Counted from the first letter of the stretch, positions 37,660 to 47,145 are shown. The stretch is DNA of 64,000 nt from an uncultured Gammaproteobacteria bacterium (GCA_964491475.1 CAZBFO010000004.1:67290-131289), one strand, 5' to 3'. Notes: generated by a model not told the origin, from the letters alone. Numbers and translations are program-made.

Positions 37660-38592
37660 TCATGTCGGTTCGAATTCGTCGCAGCATTCCTTGACGATGC
37701 TGGTGACTTGCTCGGGGGTCAGCTTGCTGCGACGTTTCCTGGGCGATCCGCCGCCGTTGTCGCCGCCGTCCCACTTGTCGGGATCCTTCGGAGAGATGCC
37801 TTCCGCCTCGTTGAGCCGAGCGAACATCTTGTCGACCGGAAACCAGTTGATGAACCGCGAGCGGCGCAGGATGATGTAGCGGTTCACCGGACCCTGCTCG
37901 CCCACCAGCGCGACGAAAGCCTTGATGCCCTTTTGGGCCAGGCCGAGTCGCGCGTTGCGGCCGATCTCGTTGATGAACTGCCATTTGCCGAAGTCCTCGA
38001 TCACGTCGAAACGCATGTCCGGCTCGACTTCCTTGCCCCTGCCGAACAGCGTGGCGCGAATGCGCTTGTGCGTCTGCTCGATGACCGCCTCCATCTTGAC
38101 GGAGCTCATCTTGCAGAGGCTGCCGTCAGCCCGCGCTTCCGCGTACGGGGCGCTGATCCAAAGCAGGCGTTTCAGCAGGTGCCAGCGCTTCTTGATGGGG
38201 TAGAAGCCCACGGACATGTCCAAGAGGTCGGCCAACTGCACGGCCAGCTTGAGCCGCGTCCGATCGACGTGCTCCGGGTGCATCAGGATGTAGGTGCACC
38301 ACTGGATGTCCTCGTCGCAGTCGTTGACGAAGAGGTGGGCACGGGGCTTCCCCTTCTGCGAGAAAGTCTCGAACATGCCCATCTTCACCAAATGCAGCGC
38401 CTGCGCGCAGCTGGACCGCGTCGCGATCCGGTCGCAATCCTGATGATGGTTGATGTTCAGCCGAAGCCCGTCCGGACTCGAACGGGGCGGCCCGTCGCAG
38501 TAGCCGTCGATGGCCACGCTGAACGCCGGATATTCCTGGAACGCGTCCCAGCTGACCGTCTTGTCCGGCTGGACGATTAGTCGCACACCCAT
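37660..38592 (-). CDS. hypothetical protein
   Basis: 310 aa with natural composition (W/C/H/F-rich); own terminator. Confidence 0.5.
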   Translation of the reverse strand: MGVRLIVQPDKTVSWDAFQEYPAFSVAIDGYCDGPPRSSPDGLRLNINHHQDCDRIATRSSCAQALHLVKMGMFETFSQKGKPRAHLFVNDCDEDIQWCTYILMHPEHVDRTRLKLAVQLADLLDMSVGFYPIKKRWHLLKRLLWISAPYAEARADGSLCKMSSVKMEAVIEQTHKRIRATLFGRGKEVEPDMRFDVIEDFGKWQFINEIGRNARLGLAQKGIKAFVALVGEQGPVNRYIILRRSRFINWFPVDKMFARLNEAEGISPKDPDKWDGGDNGGGSPRKRRSKLTPEQVTSIVKECCDEFEPT

Positions 38593-38732
38593 GGTGAAAC
38601 CTCACTTTTCTCAGCCGGTAAAGGCAATGAAAGGAACGACCCTAAACGCTACTCCCCCAAAGGATTGTGTCAACAGGGCCTTTCCACCACCGGCCGATTT
38701 AGTGCTATACTGGGCCTATCCACGTCATTCCT

Positions 38733-39182
38733 ATGCCGAACGCAAAGCAGAAGCACCGCGTCGATGACGACCTGATCCTGTTCCCCGAAGCGGAACAGCA
38801 GGTTTCCGGCTCGCATGCGGGTTCGCGCACCGAAGACGGCTGGTTCAATGACGACGAGGGCCGCCTGGCCATCGACATCAGCGAGACCGACAAGGAGATC
38901 GTCATCCTGTCGCCCATTGCCGGAGTGAAACCGGAAGACCTGGAAGTGTTCATGCACAACGACATGCTGACGATCCGCGGCAATCGTCATCACGACCTGG
39001 GTACGGTGCCCGGAGGCAAGCACGTCGTCCGCGAATGCCACTGGGGCGCGTTTTCGCGTTCCGTCATCCTGCCCATCGAAATCGATCCGGACGCCATCAC
39101 CGCTACCATCAAGGACGGCGTGCTGACGGTGCGCCTGCCCAAGACGGAGCGCTCGCGCCGCATCGCCGTCAGGGAGCTGTAG
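38733..39182 (+). CDS. Hsp20/alpha-crystallin family small heat-shock protein
   Basis: ACD-type blocks including the GVLTVRLPK signature. Confidence 0.8.
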   Translation: MPNAKQKHRVDDDLILFPEAEQQVSGSHAGSRTEDGWFNDDEGRLAIDISETDKEIVILSPIAGVKPEDLEVFMHNDMLTIRGNRHHDLGTVPGGKHVVRECHWGAFSRSVILPIEIDPDAITATIKDGVLTVRLPKTERSRRIAVREL

Positions 39183-39222
39183 CGCCCTTGAACAAGCGCG
39201 GGCTTCGTGAAAAGCTACACCC

Positions 39223-41124
39223 ATGACCGAGAAACGCGACAAGCGCGGAAGGACGCGGTCACCGTTTGTCCTACGGGCGGTGGCACTTTTTTTATTGGCT
39301 GCCGTCTTTACCGGCATGGCCGCCTACGGCGCGCTTGCCACAGTCAAACAGGACCAGATCATCCAAGGGGTGTCCATCCACGGCATCAGCATCGGCGGCC
39401 GGACCGCCGACGAGGCTTTTGCCGAAATAAAAAAGCAGGTGGAGGGCCTGCGCCTGCATTTCTCCCTCAACGGAGAGACCGTCGAAATCGATCCTGACGC
39501 CGGTGACGTGCCGATCGCCAAATACGACGTCGATACGGCGGTGAGGAAAGCGCTGGAGGTGGGACGGTCGGGCAATCCCGTGATTGCCATGTACGAGAGG
39601 GTGCGCACCGCGCTGGTCGGCACCTCGATCGACCTGCCGCACGCACTCAACGCCACGGCACTTCGCTACGCCCTGGAAAAACGCTTCAGCGACACCATCT
39701 CGCTCGGGAGAGGCGCACGTTTCGCGATTGCCATCGACGGCAACGGCGCGCCCGACGTGACCATCGAACCGGAGCGTGACGGCGCCATGGTCAACTTCGA
39801 CGCCGTGACCCGCGCCACCGATAACCGCCTTTCCGCGCTTTCCGACGAAACCATTGTCATTCCCGCCAAGCGCGACAAGCCGAAGCTGACCAAGGAAGGC
39901 ATTTCGCCGCTGACCCAATCGGTGCTCACGGCCGTGAAGCGCGCGCCGTTCACCCTTATAGCCAAAACCGAGACCTGGACCGTGTCGCGCAGCACCTTTG
40001 CCGACTGGATTGTCGCCGTTCCGGCGGACAACGACGGCGCCCCCGTGCTTTCGCTCGACCGCGACAAGGTACGCGCGTTCATCGAGTCCCGCGCCGGCGG
40101 AATCAGGACCGAACCGAAGAGCGCCGTCTTCGAAGAAAAGGACGGCAAAGTGGTGAATTTCGAGCCCAGCGTCGACGGCGAGACGGTCGATCCGGGCGCG
40201 TCGGCCATCGTCATCGGCGTGCTGGCCTTCGGCACCGATGAGGTGAAACCGATCACCCTGCCGCTAATGCCCGTCCATCCCGACATCGACACCGAGAGGT
40301 CCAACCCGTACGGCATCAAGGAGATCATCGGCGTTGGCGCGACCAACTTCCGCGGCAGCCCCAAGAACCGTCGTCACAACATCGCGGTCGGCGCTGCCAG
40401 CGTGAACGGCACGCTCATTGCGCCCGACGAGGAGTTTTCGATGCTCAAGACGCTCGGCACCATCGACGCCACCACCGGCTACCTGGAGGAGCTGGTCATC
40501 AAGGAAAACAAAACCACGCCGGAGTTCGGCGGCGGCCTCTGCCAGATCGGCTCCACCGCTTTCCGTGCCACGCTCGACTCGGGCTTGCCTGTGACCATGC
40601 GCCAGAATCATTCCTATCGCGTCCCCTATTACGAGCGTGACGGCGACGGCAATGACATCGGTCCGGGCAAAGATGCCACCATCTACGACCCCGCGCCGGA
40701 CTACCGTTTCATCAACGACACCGGCCACGAAATCCTCATCTGGACCAAAATCACCGGCAACAAGCTGACCTTCACCTTTTGGGGCGTGAAGGACGGCCGC
40801 ACCTCCGCACAGACCAAATCGCGCGTTTACAACATCGTGCAGCCCCCGCCCAAGAAGGTCATCCAGACCAGCGAACTCAAGATCGGCGAGGAAAAATGCA
40901 CCGAACACGCCCACGTGGGCAGCGAGGCGGTCTTCGATTACACGGTGGTCTATGCAGACGGCGCCAAGAAGGAGAAGGAGTTCCACAGCCACTACAAACC
41001 GTGGCAAGAAGTCTGCCTGATCGGCGTCGACCCCTCGACGCTCCCGCCCGGCGTCACTTCGCAGGAACTGATCACCTCTCCCGACTCGGCGGCAGCAGAC
41101 ATGCCGACGACGACCAAACCGTAG
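39223..41124 (+). CDS. VanW family protein (YoaR-like) with N-terminal TM anchor
   Basis: TM anchor, peptidoglycan-binding-type N-terminal domain, VanW core (GGGLCQIGSTAFRATLDSGLPV ... HSYRVPYY). Confidence 0.8.
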   Translation: MTEKRDKRGRTRSPFVLRAVALFLLAAVFTGMAAYGALATVKQDQIIQGVSIHGISIGGRTADEAFAEIKKQVEGLRLHFSLNGETVEIDPDAGDVPIAKYDVDTAVRKALEVGRSGNPVIAMYERVRTALVGTSIDLPHALNATALRYALEKRFSDTISLGRGARFAIAIDGNGAPDVTIEPERDGAMVNFDAVTRATDNRLSALSDETIVIPAKRDKPKLTKEGISPLTQSVLTAVKRAPFTLIAKTETWTVSRSTFADWIVAVPADNDGAPVLSLDRDKVRAFIESRAGGIRTEPKSAVFEEKDGKVVNFEPSVDGETVDPGASAIVIGVLAFGTDEVKPITLPLMPVHPDIDTERSNPYGIKEIIGVGATNFRGSPKNRRHNIAVGAASVNGTLIAPDEEFSMLKTLGTIDATTGYLEELVIKENKTTPEFGGGLCQIGSTAFRATLDSGLPVTMRQNHSYRVPYYERDGDGNDIGPGKDATIYDPAPDYRFINDTGHEILIWTKITGNKLTFTFWGVKDGRTSAQTKSRVYNIVQPPPKKVIQTSELKIGEEKCTEHAHVGSEAVFDYTVVYADGAKKEKEFHSHYKPWQEVCLIGVDPSTLPPGVTSQELITSPDSAAADMPTTTKP

Positions 41125-41400
41125 GCGAACGAAAAAACACCCCAATGAGTCGCGCTCAAGAAGAATACTCGGAGGGTAGATCGAGCCGGAGCCCAATACA
41201 TCCTTCAAGTAGTCCCCATGCTTGTCGTGAGCGCGAATCGCTAAGGTGTTTTTTGGTGGCAATTGAAGCTGCTGCTTCAACGACATAGGAACGTACCACG
41301 GCTGGATAAAGCTGTCAAGGGCCCGATGGCCATACAATGACGTCAGGGTCCATAATTCAAAATTTCGCTTATTTTAAGCCAAAAATGTCCCATGTCAGCC

Positions 41401-41429
41401 TTGACAAGGCGGCCCAAATATGTTATGGT
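41401..41429 (+). promoter_or_regulatory. sigma70-like promoter TTGACA-N17-TATGGT
   Basis: TTGACA at 41401-41406, TATGGT at 41424-41429; drives an approximately 180-nt leader before ATG 41611. Confidence 0.5.
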
Positions 41430-41610
41430 GTTACGTTCCTTTCCGAAGAAGCTTTGCCCGGCAGTCCTGTCCGCGGACGGGAGTGCGGGGCGAGGAGTCT
41501 TCCTCGACGTTCACTTAACAACGCGTACGCCACAGAGGTACTGCATGAAACAGTCGAGACGCTGACGGGCGATACCGCCCATGACCATTGACACGAATAG
41601 GAGAAGTGCG

Positions 41611-42189
41611 ATGAGAAATACGACTGCACGAAAGACTCGTCCATACGTAACCATGCCCGTGGACAGCGACGAGAGCGTCTACCTGACGGGTTGCACCGAC
41701 AAGCCGGCCAACTCCAGGGACGATGAAATCCGAATCCGCTTCAAGGACGGACCGGGCTTCATGCCTTCGTGGATATTCTCGTGGATCATGCGCTTCATGC
41801 AGAGCCCGAGGACCTCCAAGACCGAGGACGACCGCGTACGGCAAATCGCCGAAAACGAGTTCGTCTTCACCAGAGGGCGGATCACGGCCCACGCCGTGAA
41901 GTACGACGACCGCATCCTGATGAAGGTCGTCGTGCGCCTGCGCGACGACGAAGGCACCTTCGAGCGCGAACTCGACAGCGTGACCTGCGCGGAAATCGAG
42001 AAACGGATTACGGACATGCGCAGTGCGCTTAACCGTTACGACGGCACCAAGGCTTTCCCCGAAATCGCCGACGACGAGAGCCGCTGGTTCGAATCCTTCG
42101 ACAAGTCAGCCTCCGGCGAACCCGCCAGCGGAAGCCGGAGCTCCGAAAACGAGATTCCGGCGTCCGCCGACGCAAGCCAGTCGGCCTAG
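41611..42189 (+). CDS. hypothetical protein
   Basis: ATG 41611 with SD AGGAGA; 192 aa; acidic S-rich tail. Confidence 0.5.
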   Translation: MRNTTARKTRPYVTMPVDSDESVYLTGCTDKPANSRDDEIRIRFKDGPGFMPSWIFSWIMRFMQSPRTSKTEDDRVRQIAENEFVFTRGRITAHAVKYDDRILMKVVVRLRDDEGTFERELDSVTCAEIEKRITDMRSALNRYDGTKAFPEIADDESRWFESFDKSASGEPASGSRSSENEIPASADASQSA

Positions 42190-42197
42190 GCCGACTG

Positions 42198-42234
42198 CCC
42201 CTGCACGTTCTTACGTGCAGGGGTTTTCTTTTTG
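42198..42234 (+). terminator. Rho-independent terminator
   Basis: CCCCTGCACGttcttaCGTGCAGGGG hairpin followed by TTTTCTTTTT. Confidence 0.55.
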
Positions 42235-42286
42235 CCTCCGCTGGGCTTTACTGAACGCGGCTCCTTATCACGGAAAGAGAGGGCAC

Positions 42287-43243
42287 ATGTCCGATCATCA
42301 CCACGCGCATGACGGTGGCGGCCATGGCGCCGGCAAGGCAGTCAGCGTCACCTTGGTCGTGAACTTGTGCATCACCGCCGCAAAGTGGTTCGCCTTCGCC
42401 GTCACGCGATCGCCTTCGCTGTTCGGCGAGGCGGCGCATTCGACGGCGGACTCCCTGAATCCTCTGGTGCTGTGGCTCGGCCATCGTCGCAGCGGCAGGC
42501 CCGCGCACGATCGTCACCCGCACGGGCACGGGCGCGAAGCGTACTTCTGGTCGCTGATCGCCGCGCAGCTGATGCTGCTGGTAGGCGCCACGCTGACCGC
42601 CTGGCATGGCATCGAGACCATCGTCGACGGCAACGTGCCGCGCATCTCCGCCGCGGCCATCATCGTCATGGCCTTTGCGGCCGTCGGCGAATCGTATTCC
42701 CTGTTCGTCGTCTGGCGGCAGATGCGGGAAGAACGGCGGCAGGGCAAGGAGGGCAAGAACCCCATCCTGCTCGCGCTGCTCGTCGAGAACGGCGCGGACG
42801 TGCTGGGCGTGCTGCTGGCCTTCGCCGGCTACGGCATCTACGCGCTCACGGGCAACGCCTTGTGGGATGCGGGATTCTCGATGGCCATCGCCGCGCTCCT
42901 GGCCGCAACCTCCCTCTTTCTCATCAACCGCAGCCGTTCGCTGATCATCGGCGAGTCCGCCGGCCCCGGAGTGGAAGCGGCGGTGAGGGACGCCATCGAA
43001 GAGCGCCCGCGCTTTGCCACCGCGGTTCGCGTCACCACCACGATGCGCGGACCGGAAGAAATCGAATGCCATGTGGAGATGCAATGGAACCACATGTGGT
43101 TCATCGTCCGAGCCGATTTCAAAGAGCCTGACAACGAGCCGCTGAAGTCCTTTCGCAGGGCCCGCAGGCAGATACGTGCGCTCCGCGCAGAGATCAAAAA
43201 GCGGGCCCCCCAGGTCACCCGCATCATCATCGAAATCTCCTGA
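42287..43243 (+). CDS. cation diffusion facilitator (CDF) family metal efflux transporter
   Basis: His-rich N-terminus MSDHHHAHDGGGHG, six TM segments with the CDF signature, C-terminal cytoplasmic domain; ATG 42287 with SD AAGAGAG; the listed 406-aa ORF adds a P/R-rich artefactual N-terminus. Confidence 0.85.
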   Translation: MSDHHHAHDGGGHGAGKAVSVTLVVNLCITAAKWFAFAVTRSPSLFGEAAHSTADSLNPLVLWLGHRRSGRPAHDRHPHGHGREAYFWSLIAAQLMLLVGATLTAWHGIETIVDGNVPRISAAAIIVMAFAAVGESYSLFVVWRQMREERRQGKEGKNPILLALLVENGADVLGVLLAFAGYGIYALTGNALWDAGFSMAIAALLAATSLFLINRSRSLIIGESAGPGVEAAVRDAIEERPRFATAVRVTTTMRGPEEIECHVEMQWNHMWFIVRADFKEPDNEPLKSFRRARRQIRALRAEIKKRAPQVTRIIIEIS

Positions 43244-43280
43244 ACCCGGCCGTATGCCGGGTTTTTATCTGCCGCAGGGC

Positions 43281-44102
43281 CTACTTCCTGGCAAACGAAC
43301 CGGCCGCCGATTTCCCGACGGAAACCAGCGCGAACAGGACGAGCATCAGCAGGACGATCGTGCCGCCGGTGGAGAGGTTGTAGGCGAACGACACGAAGAT
43401 GCCGGCGATCACCGAGGCGACCGACACGAGTTCCGCCACCATCACGGTCACGACGAAGCTCTGGCGGAGCTGCAGCGCGGTGACGACCGGAATGACGATA
43501 AGCGCGGAAATCAGCAGCACGCCGACGATGGGAATGGACAACGACACCGTCAGCGCCGACAGGATGATCAGCACCGCGTTCACCACGCCGGTCGGAATGC
43601 CGCCCACCTTGGCGGCGTCCTCGTCGAAGGCCACGAACACCAGCTCCTTGAAGAAGGCCGCGAGAGCGATCGCCACGGCGACGGCCAAGCCCACGATGAC
43701 CCGCACGTCCGCGTCGGTGACGGTGACGATGCTGCCGAAGAGATAGCTGAACAAGTTGGCGTTCAGACCCTTCGCGAGGCTCAACAGCACGATGGCCAGC
43801 GCCAAGCTGCCGGAAAGGAACAGCGCCAGGGCCGACTCGCCGTAGACGCGCTTGGTGCCGCGCAGCCGTTCGATGCCCAAAGAAGCCGCCACCGTCGTGG
43901 CGATCGCCGTGATCACCGGATCGATGCGCGCCAAGAGGCCGATGGCAATCCCGGCCAGCGAGACGTGCGCCAGGGTGTCGGCGATCAGCGAATAGCGGCG
44001 CAGCACCAGGAAAATCCCGATGAGCGGCGCTATCACGGCGACGACGATGCCTGCTTCGAGGCCGCGGACGATAAATCCGTAATGGAAAAGCGAGGACAGC
44101 AT
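43281..44102 (-). CDS. znuB: metal (Zn/Mn) ABC transporter permease
   Basis: ABC-3 family permease, about 8 TM segments; ATG 44102 overlaps the znuC stop (ATGA). Confidence 0.8.
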   Translation of the reverse strand: MLSSLFHYGFIVRGLEAGIVVAVIAPLIGIFLVLRRYSLIADTLAHVSLAGIAIGLLARIDPVITAIATTVAASLGIERLRGTKRVYGESALALFLSGSLALAIVLLSLAKGLNANLFSYLFGSIVTVTDADVRVIVGLAVAVAIALAAFFKELVFVAFDEDAAKVGGIPTGVVNAVLIILSALTVSLSIPIVGVLLISALIVIPVVTALQLRQSFVVTVMVAELVSVASVIAGIFVSFAYNLSTGGTIVLLMLVLFALVSVGKSAAGSFARK

Positions 44103-44875
44103 CAGTGGTTGTGGCGATGGTGAGTCATGAGCCGCACGTCCTGGCCGAACAGGTTGGCGGTGGCGCTTTCCTTGAGGTACTCCTGCGGCGACATGTGGCA
44201 CACCAAGGTCTTGTCGATGCAGGCGATGTGCATGACTTCCTTGGTCACCATGGCGATGTCGTGCGACACCAGCACCAAGGTCAACCCGAGCTTCTCGTTC
44301 AGCCGCTTCAACAGGGCGTAAAATTCCGCTTGGGCGCGCTCGTCAATGCCCGTGGTCGGCTCGTCCAAGAAGACGATTTCGGGCTTGCCGGCCAGCGCGC
44401 GAGCGATGAACACCCGCTGCTGCTGGCCTCCGGACAGGTCGCCGATGAGACGATTCTTGAATTCGGCCATGCCCACTTGCTCAAGCGCGCGCAGGGCAGC
44501 CTGATGATCCTGCCTGGTCATGCTCCTGAACAGGCCGCGGCGCGCGTAACGCCCCATCAGCACGACCTCGAGCACCGTCGCCGGAAAGTTGACGTCGAAG
44601 TTGGTGACCTTCTGCGGCACGTAGCCGATGCGCGACCAGTCGCGGAACTCGGTGACGTCCTGCCCGAACAGCAGCACTTTTCCGGCCGACGGCCTGATCA
44701 GGCCGAGCATGATCTTGAGCAGCGTGGTCTTGCCGGACCCGTTCGGCCCGATCACGCCCAAATAGTCGCCCTCATGGACGTCGAAGGTGATGTCGGTCAG
44801 CACCTGCTCCTTCCCATAGGAAAAGCCGATGCCCCGGACTTCCACGATGTTCTTGATCTCGCTTACATGCGGCAT
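44102..44875 (-). CDS. znuC: metal ABC transporter ATP-binding protein
   Basis: Walker A GPNGSGKTT, LSGGQQQR signature, Walker B IVFLDEPT. Confidence 0.85.
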   Translation of the reverse strand: MPHVSEIKNIVEVRGIGFSYGKEQVLTDITFDVHEGDYLGVIGPNGSGKTTLLKIMLGLIRPSAGKVLLFGQDVTEFRDWSRIGYVPQKVTNFDVNFPATVLEVVLMGRYARRGLFRSMTRQDHQAALRALEQVGMAEFKNRLIGDLSGGQQQRVFIARALAGKPEIVFLDEPTTGIDERAQAEFYALLKRLNEKLGLTLVLVSHDIAMVTKEVMHIACIDKTLVCHMSPQEYLKESATANLFGQDVRLMTHHRHNH

Positions 44876-45879
44876 TGGAGTGCGGCGCGAAGGTTCGCCA
44901 AGTTATTTCTCATGACCGAAAGATAGTCTTGTCCCTGTGCCGGCGAATCCTGCTGCAATCCCTCGATCGGATCGAGCACCGATGTCTTTGCGCCGGTTTC
45001 GGCGGCGACCGTATCGGCCAGCTTCGGGCTGACCAGGCTCTCGAAGAAGATTGTACCAACTTTGCGCTTCCTCACGAAGGCGGCAATGTCGGCAAGTTCC
45101 TTTGGCGAGGGCTCGGCGTCAGGTGACAGGCCCGCGATCGGCACCTGGTTGAGGCCGTACGCCTTGGCCAGATAGCCGAATGCGGCGTGCGACGTGACGA
45201 TGTCCTTCTTCTCGCAGGAAGACAATCCCTTGCGGTAATCGGCATCGAGCGAATCCAGGTCATTTTTCAGGACGTCGGCATTGGCGCGAAAGGCATCCGC
45301 GTCGGCGGGATCGGCCTTCAGGTATGCCGCCGCGATATGATCCACCATTTGCTTGGCCAAGACGGGACTCAACCATACGTGAGGATCCGCCACATTCTGC
45401 CCCTCCTCCATCATGTGGTCGGTCATGAGGTCCTGACCGACGTTCACCACCAACGTATTGTCCCCGTCGAGGTTCTTTGCCACGCGGCCGCCCCAGGATT
45501 CCAAGCCGCCGAGCAGGATGACCATCTTGGCATCCTCCATTTCGGCGATATCCTGTGCCGTCGGCTCATAGTCATGCGGTTCCGCGCCGGCCGGCGTCAC
45601 GTTCACTACGGAGGCGCGGTCGCCGCCGATTCGCGAGGCGAGGTAATAGAGAGGATAGAAGCTGGTGACCACGCGCACCTTGCCGCCCGCCTCGGGAGCC
45701 TCCGGGGGCCGCACCGCAGGTCGCGTCTGCCACAAAAGGAATGCGCCGACGCCCGCTGCCAAGAGCGCGGCGGCAGTCACCAACGGTTGCCGCCAGTTCG
45801 GCTCTCGACCTTTCGAATCTTTCATTTGATCTGTCATAGCCATCATGGGGGGGTTGCCAATTGCTCTCCCTTCCAGCAT
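44863..45879 (-). CDS. znuA: metal ABC transporter substrate-binding protein (ZnuA/TroA family); start uncertain
   Basis: cluster 9 SBP blocks, H/D/E-rich loop; candidate starts at ATG 45879, 45846, 45837 or 45825, none with a clear SD. Confidence 0.75.
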   Translation of the reverse strand: MLEGRAIGNPPMMAMTDQMKDSKGREPNWRQPLVTAAALLAAGVGAFLLWQTRPAVRPPEAPEAGGKVRVVTSFYPLYYLASRIGGDRASVVNVTPAGAEPHDYEPTAQDIAEMEDAKMVILLGGLESWGGRVAKNLDGDNTLVVNVGQDLMTDHMMEEGQNVADPHVWLSPVLAKQMVDHIAAAYLKADPADADAFRANADVLKNDLDSLDADYRKGLSSCEKKDIVTSHAAFGYLAKAYGLNQVPIAGLSPDAEPSPKELADIAAFVRKRKVGTIFFESLVSPKLADTVAAETGAKTSVLDPIEGLQQDSPAQGQDYLSVMRNNLANLRAALQCRM

Positions 45880-45904
45880 AATGCAACATAGTTGCGTTTG
45901 TCAA

Positions 45905-46384
45905 ATGTCGAGCCCTATGCCGATCCCAAAAGAAAATCCCTTGGCTGTCCTCCTCCGCCAACGTTCTCTCAAAGTGACGCGCCTGCGCCTCGCCATCCTT
46001 GGCATCCTCCAAAAAGCCCACTCCCCCGTCGGCGCCCCCGAAATCATCACCGCCGCCAGGGAAGAAGGCGCGAATTACGTCACCGTCTACCGCGCCCTCA
46101 ACGCGCTCGAAAAATCAGGCATCCTCCGCCGCGTAAACCTCCGCCACAACCACGCCGACTACGAACTCCAAGACGACGGCGACCACCACCACATCATCTG
46201 CAAAACCTGCGGCAAAATCGAATCTTTCGAAAATTGCCAAATCGACAAGCTCACCAAAGAAATACTCTCCAAGAGCAAGGCGTTCGTGAACGTCGACGAC
46301 CACTCGCTGGAGTTCTTCGGCCAGTGCAAGAACTGCGCCCAGAGCCCACGCAAGACTGCTTTGCGCAGCAAGCAGCCGAGGTGA
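45905..46384 (+). CDS. zur: Fur family transcriptional regulator, likely zinc-responsive Zur
   Basis: Fur-family DNA-binding helix plus HHHxxCxxC and C-terminal CxxC pairs; divergent from znuA; ATG 45905 or 45917 preferred over the listed 45845 because a TGCAACataGTTGCG inverted repeat lies at 45882-45896. Confidence 0.75.
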   Translation: MSSPMPIPKENPLAVLLRQRSLKVTRLRLAILGILQKAHSPVGAPEIITAAREEGANYVTVYRALNALEKSGILRRVNLRHNHADYELQDDGDHHHIICKTCGKIESFENCQIDKLTKEILSKSKAFVNVDDHSLEFFGQCKNCAQSPRKTALRSKQPR

Positions 46385-46521
46385 GCCGGGACTGGCGGGC
46401 ACCGCCAGACATTGCGCAGCAAAAAACTGGCCGCAGCCAGTTTTTTGTGAGCCTTAGACCAAAACGTTCCCGCAGGAACGTTTTGAGTCGTGTCTGGCGG
46501 CGCCCGCCAGTCCCGGCTCAC
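46380..46521. repeat. about 30-nt inverted repeat arms enclosing two bidirectional hairpin terminators
   Basis: left arm GGTGAGCCGGGACTGGCGGGCACCGCCAGAC is the reverse complement, with 1 mismatch, of the right arm at 46491-46521; between them AACTGGccgcagCCAGTT with A6/T6 flanks and AACGTTCCcgcaGGAACGTT with A4/T4 flanks. Confidence 0.4.
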
Positions 46522-46542
46522 CCCCTGTATGAACCGCAACAA

Positions 46543-47145
46543 CTACTTGATGATCTTATCGACAATCCCGTACTCCAAGGCCTCCTCGGCGGTCATGAAG
46601 TAATCGCGATCGGTGTCCTTCTCGACTTTCGAAAAAGGATGCCCGGTGTTGTTGGCAAGAATCTTGTTCAGCTGGTCCTTCATCTTTATGATGCGCTCCG
46701 CGCGGATCTTGATGTCGGAAGCCTGGCCTTCGGCTCCGCCGAGCACCTGGTGAATCATCACTTCGGAATTGGGGAGGACGAAGCGCTTGCCTTTGGCGCC
46801 GGCCGAGAGCAGCACGGCGCCCATCGAGGCGGCCATGCCCACGCAGATGGTGGCGACGTCGCACTTCACCAAGTTCATGGTGTCCATGATGGCCAGGCCG
46901 GCGGTAACGGAGCCGCCCGGGGAGTTGATGTACAGCTTGATGTCCTTGGTCTTGTCCTGGCTCTCGAGGAACAGCAGCTGGGCGATGACGATGTTGGCGA
47001 CATGGTCGTCGATGCCGTCACCGAGGAAGATGATGCGGTCCTTGAGCAGACGGGAGTAGATGTCGTAGGCGCGCTCGTAACCGCCGGACTTTTCGATGAC
47101 CGTGGGGATGAGCATGTTCGAAACGATGTCGTGTGAGCGTGACAT
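46543..47145 (-). CDS. clpP: ATP-dependent Clp protease proteolytic subunit ClpP
   Basis: canonical ClpP sequence with catalytic Ser in GMAASMGA, His and Asp present; ATG 47145; the listed 539-aa ORF is a spurious upstream extension. Confidence 0.9.
   Translation of the reverse strand: MSRSHDIVSNMLIPTVIEKSGGYERAYDIYSRLLKDRIIFLGDGIDDHVANIVIAQLLFLESQDKTKDIKLYINSPGGSVTAGLAIMDTMNLVKCDVATICVGMAASMGAVLLSAGAKGKRFVLPNSEVMIHQVLGGAEGQASDIKIRAERIIKMKDQLNKILANNTGHPFSKVEKDTDRDYFMTAEEALEYGIVDKIIK

Noticed and set aside
41130-41400. 270-nt non-coding stretch after vanW considered as an sRNA gene or pseudogene remnant
   Set aside because: Only moderate AT enrichment and no convincing promoter-plus-terminator pair on either strand apart from the promoter at 41401 feeding the next gene. 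Insufficient evidence for a discrete RNA.
41411-41610. NiCo (czcD-type) riboswitch call for the leader upstream of 41611
   Set aside because: I cannot reproduce the NiCo consensus from memory well enough to assert it, and a terminator separates this transcript from the CDF gene. Kept only as a structured-leader finding pending a covariance-model scan.
42023-43243. 406-aa version of the CDF transporter ORF
   Set aside because: The first 88 codons are P/R/S-rich and cross the upstream terminator. ATG 42287 has an SD and gives a typical His-rich CDF N-terminus.
45892-47136. 414-aa plus-strand ORF across zur and clpP
   Set aside because: P/R-rich nonsense product; the real genes are zur (plus, another frame) and clpP (minus).
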